Below are positions 31,976 to 44,394 of a DNA stretch of 64,000 bases, piece by piece. The notes under the pieces are model-generated. The model saw only the letters and a list, made by a program, of their open reading frames with translations. It was not told where the DNA came from and did not search any database. The position numbers were made by a program, and so were the translations under genes. Position 1 is the stretch's first letter; each line of letters begins with the position of its first letter. The stretch is from Psammoneis japonica (lineage: Eukaryota), in the NCBI GenBank assembly GCA_008632985.1, contig QPGO01000121.1:1-64000 (forward strand), given 5' to 3'.

Positions 31976-33385
31976 CTAGCATGTATATAAATCTGCATAG
32001 ACAGACTTTGCGCTGCATTTGATACATTGACATTCGGGTCGTTTCTTCTTGGTCACAGGCTTTGCCGGTTTGGGTTTTTTGCCGCTAGATGGCAACTTGA
32101 GAACCTTGGGAAACTGTGGAACCACTTCGAAACCCAGCTCCTTCCTATACGGGTCGCTTTGAACAATACTGTCAGAAACAGCCTCGTCAAAGGGGTAGTT
32201 TTGTGATGATCGACAAGCAGCAGGAACCGAGTACCGGTCTCTTGGTCCTACCAAGTTTGGCGACATCAAGGGGCGCGAGCGCAAAACGTTTCCATACTGT
32301 CCACCAGTGCCACGGTTCACAGCGACACAGCCACCATCAAATGACGCATCTCCCAGGTTTTCCCAATCTGCTCCATAGTCTTCTCGTTTCTCTGCTTGTT
32401 GTTTTTTCAAAAAGGCTGGATGAGAAAAGGAAACACCCATGGGCCGTGCGGGTGAATCTCCCGGGGAGGAAGGCGGTGGCGACTCGTATGCGCTTGAATC
32501 TTCATCACTTGGTGAGGTATTTCCACTGTCAAAGGTGCGTTCATCGAATGGTCTATCCTCTTCTTCGTCAAACGGCTTTTCTGAAAACACCAACTGCGCA
32601 CAATTGTTCTCATAGGAAACTGCCATGTTTGGCTGACTGGAACTGACAGCCTCTGTAACGGCAGTCCTGGTGGGCGAATGCGTCGCAAAATCGAAATTCT
32701 TTGAGGGGTAAGATGGTGTTTTCTGAGAGTCTACTTCCTCGTTCCTTGCAATCTTGCTAATATTCCTCTCCTGGGGTTCATAAGGATTCTGGTATGACGC
32801 CTTCTTGCCGTACCAACGGCGCTCGGTTGTTTTGAGAGGAGTTTGAGTTCCACCGTATAGCTTATCTGACATTGTTCTGTACTGTTTCTTTGCCACCACG
32901 TTTCTCATTGACTTGCTCACTCGAGACCTCCATTTCTTCATTTGTTTCTTGAGACGCCTCTGCTCCATTGGAACCGAGTAGGGAACAGGAGCCGTATAAA
33001 CAGACAGGTCATCCGATGTCAAATCTGAACTAACGTCACTGCTGAGCAAAGACCTTCGGTCTAGAGAGTCCCCGGCAAACGAGAACGAACGACTCCTCGA
33101 GAGAGACGAACGACTTTTCGGGAGCGATCGACTTCTCCTCCGTGACGGGGATTTCTCCTTGCATGTCGTAATGAATGCCTTTGAAACAAGGGAACGCAAG
33201 GGAGGCCTTGGAGGCCTTCCGCTTCGTTTGGTGGGTGACTCTTGTTTCTTGACGGGTTCCTCGACCGGTTCATCATCATCATCCAATGATGGCCACTCGA
33301 GTTCGAAAAAGAAATCACTCTCGTTCTTGTACGTTGTGCTCCCAAACTCCACGACAACATCGTCTGCAATAACTTCTCGTGTCAT
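31976..33385 (-). CDS. Hypothetical Ser/Arg-rich, probably disordered protein
   Basis: 469-aa open frame with normal dinucleotide composition; no family motif recognised. Confidence 0.6.
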   Translation of the reverse strand: MTREVIADDVVVEFGSTTYKNESDFFFELEWPSLDDDDEPVEEPVKKQESPTKRSGRPPRPPLRSLVSKAFITTCKEKSPSRRRSRSLPKSRSSLSRSRSFSFAGDSLDRRSLLSSDVSSDLTSDDLSVYTAPVPYSVPMEQRRLKKQMKKWRSRVSKSMRNVVAKKQYRTMSDKLYGGTQTPLKTTERRWYGKKASYQNPYEPQERNISKIARNEEVDSQKTPSYPSKNFDFATHSPTRTAVTEAVSSSQPNMAVSYENNCAQLVFSEKPFDEEEDRPFDERTFDSGNTSPSDEDSSAYESPPPSSPGDSPARPMGVSFSHPAFLKKQQAEKREDYGADWENLGDASFDGGCVAVNRGTGGQYGNVLRSRPLMSPNLVGPRDRYSVPAACRSSQNYPFDEAVSDSIVQSDPYRKELGFEVVPQFPKVLKLPSSGKKPKPAKPVTKKKRPECQCIKCSAKSVYADLYTC

Positions 33386-33992
33386 TTTCGTCGTGCCTTG
33401 ATTCTTTGAAAAATCGGTTCAAATGCTCGGCACGAACCGCGCAATGGCACGTGTCTCGAAGAAAATGAGAACAGATGAAATTATTGTTGGACGTGACAGC
33501 ACAACAAGCAAGTCGTGGTCAGCGACAGTCTTGTTCCAGATCAATGGTGCTTCTCAAACCTGTAAAGGTGGATAAGAAGTGGAAACCCAACGGTCTCGAA
33601 TGCCTTTCTCCGCACCAATGTTGTGGCCATCAAGACCCGGGATTGCTTCCCGGATTTCTGGTTCGTGTGAGGCGAAAAAACGTTAAATCAAATGTATATA
33701 CAAGTATGAAGATATTTCAATTTAATTTTGTCACGACTGACCTCCCTCCGACATGCGCGTGCTTTCCGTGATTGACTGTCTGTTTGCCTGTTTGTCGGGT
33801 TTTAGGACACGTTGTCTGTGCAGTGAACGATCCAACCATGGAATTCCATGCTGGTGCGAGTGCGTGGGCGGGTGCGCGGCGCGGCCCGAGAGTGAGGTGG
33901 GAATGACAATGATGCCACGAGCGCTTTCTCATCTCGCTGGTTGATGAGAGAACGATCTACTTCAGAACACACATGAATATTGAACATCAACA

Positions 33993-36900
33993 ATGACACC
34001 GGGGATTCTTGGCTTCGTCTCCGAGGTTGCAGAGACTGTTGCAAGTCACCTGCCATCGAAACTCGCTTCTGTGGAACTACCAACACTTTCAGCCACGTCT
34101 CCAGAAGAGCGACTGCAACGCCATGTTCCAAAGAGATTAGACTTGCATTATATTACAGAGCGGATAATTGGAATGGGTCAGCCAGCAGAAGCAGCTTCTC
34201 CTACGAGAATAGACAAGGGACGAGATGTTATTATAGAAAGGAAGCGCTCCGTGGAACCCGATGAGAACGATGTATCGCCCACAGACACGAGCACAGCAAA
34301 TGGCCCGATATCACCAGAAGAAGAATCTGCACCGCAATCGCCATCATCACATGTTCAAATAATCGAACTGCCGCCTCGAATAGCGAAAAAAGCTGGGAAT
34401 TCTCCAGCTACTCTCAGCAGCTTTTTGAGTCGGCGCCACCCAAAGCACTTTCTAGTGGTCAATGCATCCGACCAAGAGGCTGACGATCGCACGCTACTCT
34501 TGCTCAATCGACAAATTATTCGATTTCATTGGTCTTCTCCCTGTATTGAAAAGTCGGAAACACCATCGCTTTCTCAAATGTTTGATGTATGTTACGCAAT
34601 ACACGCGTACTTGTCGCTGGACGAGAAGAATGTAATGCTTGTGTACTGTTCCAACGGAAGGACCCGAACGGCCATTATCGTGGCGTGCTACTTGAAATTC
34701 TCGCGAGTTGTCAAGGACGCGCTGGATGGGTTTCGATTATTTTGTCAACGACGGTGTCCAGATCTTGATGCTACAAGCATTTCGGATCACATACCGCCGT
34801 CTCTCAAGGTGTTTTTCAACAATTTCAACAGCTGTGTCGAGCTCGGGGGATACATGAATCCGAAGCCGCTACTGCTGCGCGCTATTGCATTGCAGGGTGT
34901 TCCTGTGGATGATAAGCCTTGTATTGATATTTGGGATAGCCAACAACAACATGTGTATTCGTCGCATCAAGATTTGTGGTTGGATGACGATGAGCAGAGC
35001 GCTCAGCAACAGAAAATATCAACCTCTCAGTGGGCTGACGAGGAAGGGTTTTATCGGGTAAACAAGATTCTTGCTGGGGACTTTGTGTTGATTTGCCGTT
35101 TCGGTGGCTTGCATGCGGATGATTCAGATGATCCAAGCAAAATGCTGTTTCGTTACGCAAACAGCTCTGGATTTTTGTGTATGGGACCTTATGAGTTTCC
35201 GAAACGGAGGGTAGACATGATGAGACGCTATGATGCTTCGTTTGACGAAGAAGACTTTTTACTTACTTTCATGTTTGACTCGAGCTTGGATGATGCAGCA
35301 GCTGAGGAATTCCCGGAGCTCTGCCAACCATGTTCCGAATCCGTACTGCCTTGCATACTTGAGGGGCCAGATGCTATCAAGCGCGGATTTCAAATCATTG
35401 GGGAACGGCACGCCGCCCGTCCTTTAACGAGCGACGTCGAGCTGTTGGTTTCTGAAGAAGCTGCATTGGCATCACTTGCATTGCAACTTACAAACCATGA
35501 TGTTGCTGGGGCGCAAGAATTGTTATCTGGGAAATTACTACAGCCAGAGTTGCGTCGCGTTGGGGAAGAAGCTCGGGTAGAGTCGGAAGAGGCTGGCCCA
35601 GATCGCACTTCCACTACTCGCAAGAGCTCGTTCGGTGTGACTGGGGTTCCGGAGCTCACTTCAGAGAAAGCTTGCGCAAACATTCTTGGAATTTTGGATG
35701 AAATAGATGTTGGGGGCGAGATGGAATGGATCGATCGTGTCGATGGCGATCTCGTGGACAATTGGAAACGTCAACCAGTGAATGACGATGGCACATCTCA
35801 ACGTAATGAACTTTCCGCAGAGCTACCAGTCGCTTTGTACGACCCTCCCATGATGCCGAATAGGGGTGATCTTGTGGACGCTTTTGGATCATACAACGTG
35901 TTTGTCCATCCTACTGCTCAGGATCGGAATCATGCCGACTGGCGACAAACTTCTGAATGGGGCTCTCGACCGCGTTTGCCAATGCACCGCGGTCGAAAGC
36001 GGCGGCGAACGACGAGTGCGGAAAATCGCCGTTCTGCAAAAAAGAGCCATGTGGCCGAGCACACGTTGATGGATGATGATGCCTCGTCAGCAATGGAGTT
36101 TCTCATTGATTTACCCCACACCGGTGTAACCCTTCAACATTTGCTGACTCTTCAGGATGCCTCTCAACGATGGATACCTGAAAAAATGGAAGCGTCAGAG
36201 AGTCAACCGCTAAACAAGGATGCTTCTGAAGCGTCAAAACAACCCGTCCCGACCGATTCTGTTGAAACAGAACGAATACGCAATGAGCCTGCCGATTCAA
36301 ATATCAAAGCGGAATGTCGTGATGGGCAAACGGTGCCCAAGGACACAAAATCAGAGTCTGGTGCAAAGTCTGAGTCTCAAGCTGAGAAAAAGATGATGCC
36401 TGGCAAGAATCTAGAGACCCAGGACAAACAAGCGGACGGCGATTCGAAAGCAATTTCCTCGACGCCCAAAGATGATAAGGACACAAAAGAGTCTACTGGC
36501 GACAAATCGCCAGAATCTGAGAAGGAAAATATTCCTCAGGGAAAGGATGATAAAAAGAAAGGTGGCGAAGTGCCGTTGCGGGAGGATCCTGAGTATGTCA
36601 AGGTGAGTACGATCCCCGAGTTTCGGATACGTTCAACCACCCGTTGCTTTCAGCATCGCTCACTCTGTCGTTTCGTGCTTTTGTTGTTCACGTACAGTTC
36701 TTCAGAATGCTACAGGTCGGACTCCCAATGGGAGCGGTTCGCAATGCTCTACAGCGAGCTGGGAAAGACCCGGACGTTATGGACTTGGACCCTAACAAAA
36801 GCCTGAAATCACAGCTGGGGAGTGGAGAGGACGAGAAAAGAGGAGACAAAGATGATGGTCCTCCATTGAAGGATGATCCCGAGTACTCCAAATATTTCAA

Positions 36901-39900
36901 AATGATGAAAGTGGGAATGCCGAAAGAAGTCGCAGCTCACGCGATGCAACGAGACCAGAAGGATCCCGGGATACTTGACCTCGACCCCGAGAGGAGCCTT
37001 AAATCGCAACAGACGGGTGGAGGGGACAAGAAAAGTGGAGACGAAGACGATGGTCCTCCGTTGAAGGATGATCCTGAGTACTCCAAATATTTCAAAATGA
37101 TGAAAGTGGGAATGCCGAAAGAAGTCGCAGCTCACGCGATGCAACGAGACCAGAAGGATCCCGGGATTCTCGATCTCGACCCCGAAAAGAGCCTTAAATC
37201 GCAACAGTCGAGTGGAGGGGACAAGAAAGAAGACGACGGCCCTCCTTTGAAAGACGATCCTGAATTTTCCAAATACTTCAAAATGATGAAAGTTGGGATG
37301 CCGAAAGAAGTAGCCGCTCATGCGATGCAACGAGACGGTAAAGATCCCGGCATTCTCGATCTTGACCCCGAAAAGAGCCTTAAGTCGCAGCAAGGGAGCG
37401 AGGGAGAAGACGATGGTCCTCCGCTGCGAGATGATCCTGAGTACGCTAAATACTTTAAAATGCTCTCAATGGGGCTTCCTGTTGGAGCGTGCAAGAATGC
37501 ACTACAACGTGACGGAAAAGACCCTGGGATCATGGACTTAAATCCCGACAAGAGCTTGAAGTCACAGATGGACGATAATGGCGAAGACGACCGTGGCCCG
37601 GCGTTAAAAGATGACCCGGAATTCGAAAAGTACTTCAAAATGCTGAAAATGTTGCTTCCGATCGGTGCTGTCAAACAAGCACTGCAAAGAGATGGGAAAG
37701 ACCCCTCGATTCTTGACCTCGATCATAACAAGTCACTGAAGAGCCAAATAAAGAAAGAGGATGCTGATGATGGCCCTCCATTGAAGGACGACCCTGAGTA
37801 TGCCAAGTATTTTAAAATGCTGAAGATGGGGTTGCCGAAAGGAGGTTCGTAGATGCTCACGTGTGTCGCAGTTTGAAAATGCTCGTTTCGTTCAAATATC
37901 CTTCTCACTGCTCTCGAATTGTATTTATAGCTGTAAAGAATGCTATGCAGCGGGATGGGAAAGATGGGTCAATTTTAGACCTAGATTACAACAGGTCCGT
38001 CGCATCGCAGCAAAACTCAGGGAAGAGGCGAAAGCTGAGCAAAAAGGAAAAGAAGTCAGTTCGTCGCAAGAAAATATATTGGACACCCATTGATCCTGTG
38101 AAAGTACGTCAAGACTCGCTATGGTCGTTAGTCCAGGGCACAATCGAAATGGCACAACTCAACTATGATACGAAGGAATTTGAGAATCTGTTCACTGAAT
38201 CGTCGAACCCCGCAGAACGGAAGAAGAAGTCTCGTTCGGCGGCAGGCGACAAATCAGAAAAACAGAAGAAAACTGTGCAAATCATCGATGGAAAGAGAGG
38301 AATGAATGGTGGCATCATTTTGGCTCGATTGAAGATCGATTACCACGAACTAGCTAAAATGGTGGACAACATGTAAGTCGAACTGTGGCACTGATAAACC
38401 TGACAATGAGTCGACTCCTTTCCTTTGATATGTAGAAAGGATGATTTGCTCACATTTTCCTTGATTGAATTCGGGTTGCAGGGAGTCGAAGAATCTTGAT
38501 TCCACACAACTAAGCGCCCTTAAAGAGTTTCTTCCGACAGACGAGGAGCGCATGGCACTCCAATCGTATCTCAAGAAGAGTGAGGGATCCGACGATGCAA
38601 AGGCCAAGGCGATGGCAGCTATAAGTGAATGTGAAAAGTACATGTGCGCTATGTTGAATGTTCGAAATGCAAATGAGAAATTTGACTGCATGCTCTTTAA
38701 GGCTCAATTTGACTCTCGACTGGATGAGCTCAAATCCGGAAGAGACACCATTAAGAAAGCATGTGATGAAGTGAGGTCGTCCGAACGCATAAGAAAGATG
38801 ATGGCGATGATTCTTACGCTTGTGAATCAGATCAACACCGGCGGTAGTGGAAACATGGCGGTTGGTTTCAGTTTGGATGCCCTTTTGAAGCTCAATGAGG
38901 TATGCTTGATGAATCAATAATTCGTTTTTGCGGCAGCGAACGACCAATTCAATCGTTTTTGCTAATCTTTGATCTTTATTTTTCGCAAAAGGCAAAGGCG
39001 TTTGACAAGAAAACAAGCGTTTTGCATTATTTGGCGAAACTCGTGCTTCAGAATGACAAGACTTTGATTACATTTCACGAAGACATTCCTTCAGTCGGAC
39101 CTGCGGAGAACATTATTCTTGATAGTCTGTCAAGCGATATCGGAACTCTGAGCAAGGAACTTGACAAAGTTCATCAGACAGCAATGGAGGAGGCATCATC
39201 CACCGGAGGACAGAATAGTTCAGGCGAAATCGAAGAGGCTGCAGGCGGACGAACACCAATGGAAATATTTACGCTTCGTGCAAAAAAGGAAGTTCAAGAG
39301 GCTGTTGCGTCGATTGATGAATTGAAAAAATCGTATGGGCAGCTTTTGGAATATTTTGGAGAGGACGAACAGCTGGCTAGCAATGACTTTTTCGGAACAA
39401 TTCAGAAGTTCGTCGCAGCGTTTACTGCTGCTGCTGAGCAAGTTGAACAGGCCGAGAAGAAAAAGGTATGCGCAACACTTGTCTTGCATCGAGCTTGTAC
39501 ATTCGTCCATGTCCTTTGACTTATCTAGTTCAAACATCTCCTTGCCACCTTCTGCTAACGCGCAGCAAAAAGAAAAGCAACGTGCCGATGCGAAAGCGGC
39601 AGCTCTTTCGACCGGGGTTGCAAAGCCGACAACGAAGAACTTGTTGAAACGTCAGAATGGAGAGCGCATGATCACATCCACCAAAGCAGGAAACAAAGTT
39701 TTGGAGGTCATTGCTGATACACCTGGAGCCTCCAGGATGGGCATGAAACAGAAAACACCACTCGATGCCGTTGGAAAAGGTATTGCAGCTGCGGCAGCCG
39801 CGGCCGCTGCACTAAGATCCAAGGAAAACGGATATGAAATGGAAAAAGGAGGCCGGGGAAGAAATACGACATGCGAAATACCGCCGGGGAAAGCAGGTAT

Positions 39901-42364
39901 TGCCGCCGTTGCTGCAGCTGCTGCTGGAGCGAGGAAAAGAGGTCAGCTGTCCAAAATGCCACCGGGTAGAGCCGGCATTGCTGCTGTCGCCGCCGCTGCG
40001 GGAGCGATGAAATCGAATCAGAAACCCGACATGTCCCAGGGAATAGCGGGCATTGCTGCCGCCGCTGCAGCTGCAGCTGGGGCTAGGAAGAAAGTCGAAA
40101 TGGCATCAGGAAAAATGGGTATTGGTGCCGCCGCAGCAGCGGGAGCAAAGAAAGAAGGTCAACTATCCGAAATGCCATCAGAGAGAGCGGGTATTGCCGC
40201 CGCCGCCGCCGCTGCAGGAGCGAGAAAAGGAGACGAGAAGTCGGAAATGCCGTCGGGGAGAGGTGGCATTGCCGCCGCCGCCGCTGCAGCAGCCTTGCTG
40301 CGTTCAAACTCCCCAAAACAAACTCCACTTGCAATGGCAGCACGTCCTTCTGGTGTCGATAGAAAGAGTTCTTCTGATGATGAGGGCGACTCGTTTCCAC
40401 CGACCAACTCTCCTCCGCTGTCTCCCGCCGTCAAAGACGGAAGCGTTTCTCCTCCACCGCCACCGCCTCCAGCTTCAAAAGACGGCGGTGTCTCTCCTCC
40501 TCCTCCGCCTCCAATCTCATTCGACGGTGGCGTTTCTCCTCCACCTCCGCCACCACCAGCACCGTTACCACACGTAGGTCCTGAGATCGAAATCAAGTCT
40601 CGAATGCCACTAAGTGAGAAGGAATCTTCCTTGCCGCCTCCGCTACCAAAGCCATCCGCCGGACATGATGACGGTATCATCTCCCTTGCATCTTCGAGAA
40701 GTGACGAAAGTTACTCTCCTCCTCCACCACCGCCATCTTCTAGTATCGACAGCGATGACAGCTCTTCGCCTCCGCCACCGCCGCCTTCCACAGGTCGTAG
40801 TGATCCATCTGCATCAGGTGATGGCAATTATGGCCTTCCGCTCTCTCCGCCACAACTTCCCGGTATTCGTAACAGCGAGCCCTCTCCTTCGGAATCGAAA
40901 CAGCCTGTCAGCGAAGATTTGCCTGCCACTGATGCTTTGGGAAAAATAGATCCCAAGCAAACCGCGGCTGCATCTAGTCGTGACGAGCCATTCAAATCAA
41001 TTTTTCGCCCAGCAGCACTGTCGTCGTCGTTGGCGTCATCATTGACGGAGGATTGGTTGGCAGACAAACAGTCCTCAAAAGACTTGACGACCTCTGCACA
41101 AAATGAAGCTGCTTCGATGGCAATGGAGGCGTTGGCTGTGTCGGAAGGAAGCCAACAGAAGTCAGCAAAAGATGTGGCGCTTCAGGCGGCTGCTGCTCGA
41201 AAGGACGAAGCCGCCTCTCTTGCTATGGAAGCATTATCGCGTTGCGATGACAGACAAGATTCAGCAAAGGATGTCGCCGGCCTAGCTGCAGCTGCCCGAC
41301 AAAGCGAAGCCGCGTCTTTGGCAGCGTCTGCTGCTTCGACCCGTGCCGAACGCATTACACAGTCGGCAAAAGAAATCGCAGCTTTAGCCGCTACCGCGAG
41401 ACAAAGTGAAGCTGTTTCCCTAGCTTCGGCTGCCTTGGAGCGTTCGGGAAGTGTCGAAGAGTCGTCAAAGAATGCGGCTGCTGCAGCTGCTACGACGAGA
41501 AAAAACGAAGCAGCTGCTGCTATTGCAGCTGCATTGGACGTGTCTCGTCGAGAGAGGGAAGTTTCAAAGGAAAACAGGACTGCGACCAAGCCATCACGGC
41601 AAAGCGAGGCCGCCGCCGCAATTGCAGCTGCGTTTGCTGCTTCTAAACGTGTTGGGAGCACAAAAGAGGAATCATCGGCAAGGACAGACAAAGTGAATGA
41701 TGTCGAAGCTTCTTTGGCTGCTGCGAGAGCTACACTTGGGTTGCGTCGGGAAGATGCCGATGCTTCAGGAACGTCACCGCTTCTGTCGTCGCTTTCACCA
41801 GAAAGTGCCTCGTCTCGCCTGGATCGTTTGTTGCTCGAGAAGTCTGGTCAGAGAGCTGACGGTACGTCATCGAGTCGAAGACACCCCGGTGCCGGTAATT
41901 CCGGCGCAGCACCACTGTCATCATCCTCGTCGACAGGACACGCACGTCCTAGTATCGATGATCTTGTAGACACATCTCGTAGGAGTTGGAGCAACGACAG
42001 TACACCTTCGATCAGCGAGACTATGACAGATGACCTTGCTGAACTCTTGAAAGCACGAATGGCGATTCGCAGCGCGAAGAAAACAATATATAAATCCAAG
42101 GAAAACGCGCTTGCTTCTCCAGAAGCGAGGCCGTTGAAGCCGTCTGACGTGAAAGCTTCTTTGGAGGGCACAGGCTCGAGAGTCGATGCCAATGCTCTGC
42201 TTTGGGATACCGAGGCGACAGGAATAAACAACGACCTCAGTGCAATTCTATGGGACAACGACGTCAAGGAAGAGGGGGGAGACGAGGAGTCCGAACAAAC
42301 CAAAGAAAAGGACAACGCTGTCAAACAGTGGTTTCGTGGAGTGATGGGTGATTCCAATAGCTAG
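33993..42364 (+). CDS. Formin: PTEN-like phosphatase/C2 region, 7 CCDC53/WASH-like repeats, FH2, Ala-rich and poly-Pro C-terminus; introns 36603-36697, 37845-37930, 38373-38481, 38900-38991, 39466-39565
   Basis: LDLHYITERIIGM and VYCSNGRTRT (PTEN-like); DPEYxKYFKMxKxGxP repeats; RRKKIYW, IIDGKRGMNGGI, NQINTG, GFSLDALLKL, SVLHYL, YFGED (FH2); all five GT..AG introns checked to keep frame. Confidence 0.9.
36570..38005 (+). repeat. Seven ~60-65-aa coding repeats (~180-195 bp) in the formin
   Basis: PLKDDPEYSKYFKMMKVGMP...MQRDxKDPxILDLDPxKSL; units at 36851 and 37046 are nearly identical in DNA. Confidence 0.92.
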
Positions 42365-42554
42365 GTGACTACAACTGAAAAGGCTTCGAGTATAATCGGA
42401 CGTCATTCATAATGAAAAAAAGAATTCAACCTTTCTACAGTACCGGTATAAAAGCTGGAACGCACATTGCATTTGCTTCCGTCCAGAAGATATTGCATGT
42501 GTTTGTGACTGAAATGTGGCATCCATCTGGAATTCAACACAGCTCGTCTTGATT

Positions 42555-43949
42555 CTAGCCAGCAACATCCAACGCAAGACGAAGCGAATCTTCAGTCCAG
42601 CCGTAAGTCCGTGCATTGTCCAAGAGCTCTTGTCGGTTTCGGATGCGATTTATAACTGGTACTAGCTTCTCTTCCAAAGATGGGTCGACCTCGATTGCCT
42701 TTTCATAGTACTGGGCACTCTCTTTTAGTTTCCACAGCTCCGAGAGGATTTCTCCAGCGCGTATCCACGACCTTGAAGCCTTTGGCAAGAGCTGCGTGGC
42801 ACGCAGTGAGTCTTGCGCAGCCTGGAGCAACGCAAACTGATACAGCCCATGGCGGAACTGCGTTTTCTTGAACAGCTTTTCCTGCCTTCTCGAATCAGAT
42901 AAAATTCGTTGGTAAATAGAACTTGCTAACTCCGGATGCTGTGCAGCCTCTTCGTATAAAAATTCTAGCTTTGTCGTCTCGGGCACTGACAACGAAAGAT
43001 CTTTCAACGACTTCTTGAGTTCCTCACGATGTGAAACTGCTCGTCGAAGATAGGCGGTAGCTCTCATTAGTAGTATGATCCCTTCTTGATCCGTAAAGCC
43101 AGTTTGAAGCGCTTTGTCATATGCTTCGATGGCTGATGCTATCTCGGAAGCTTCCAAATGCTCATTTCCTCTATATTTCCACTTCAAACTTTCGCGGGCT
43201 CCTGAGTTGACGTTCTAGCAATCACAGAGGAGAGAAACTCATTCATAGTGAATTCCAATCTGCAGGCTAGCTAGAGTCGTGGAAAAATATACAATCCTCT
43301 TACCCTGAGACGCAAGTGATGGCTCAATACTCTGTAAACCTTGTCAACAGAGTCAACGTTGCCAACTTCCAAAGCCTTGGAATCATTCCCATTACCATGA
43401 AAGACACACCGCACCACTGGAGGCTTTGCTTTTGTTTTTGGCAAGATCGCTGGGCATACTTTTACCTGTGGAGGTGCTAGACACGTGAACGCCTGTGCAT
43501 AAGCAAGACGGGAGAAACATAGGTGAGTCAAGCAGCAGAGAAAAGCACCTGACTGACGCCCATTATTCACTTACATCCAAAGTAGCACTCGCACCACGTT
43601 CTAATGAAGGTTTTGATTGATCAACGAATATTTCCCATTCCGCAGCTTTTAAAACTGTCTTTTCTTTGCTAGAGACTGGCACATTGGGCTCTATTCCTGC
43701 CATTGATGATGCGCTGAAAGATAAGGAAAGGTCTTTCTCTTCTCCTTCAACTGAATGCTCCTCTGATTCCGCGCCAAACAAACACAACTGAGGTGTCAGC
43801 GCATCGATCCAGATCGAAGGCAGGCGTCGCTTGGACGACGAAAGCAGAGTAGGAAACGAAGCAACAAGCTCAACGAATGAAACAGAAAAGAAGATTCTGA
43901 GAATAAGAGGAGTCTTTAAACGAGAAGGTCTTCTGGTCTTTCTCATCAC
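42555..43949 (-). CDS. TPR-containing protein with probable plastid presequence, multi-exon
   Basis: KYRGNEHLE...AIEAYDKAL and SWIRAGEILSELWKLKESAQYYEKAIEVDP TPR units; upstream exons at ~43557-43949 (VASFP) and ~43303-43500; exact splice sites uncertain. Confidence 0.7.
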
Positions 43950-44394
43950 TTCGAACTTTACCCTTCACGTGTCATCGTTTGCATGATGCTTACAGTGTGG
44001 ATACAGTGCGCCTGATGCCTGATGATTCTTCGTGCTTACTGTACTGTACGTTCTTCGTCCGGTAGAGGGGTCATCAGGGATATAATGTAAATATACAGGC
44101 TCAAATATGTCCATAGCGAGCCATCTGTAACAACAAGTGGAAACCTACATACGTGATCTTCCCTGTGCGGTTTATACCATAATTCTTGCGTACAGAAACC
44201 GTGTGACTGTGGTACATTCGTACAATAGTATGAGACCCTACTTACGTACCAGCATGGTATTAAAATAGAGCATCCAACGCACCTCTTCCAAAGTTAGTTG
44301 CTTCCGACAACTTTTTGCGCACTTTTCTTCTCACAATCTGCGTCCGAACAAGACAAAGTATTTTCGATTGTGGCTGCTGTTGATCCCCGTCACC

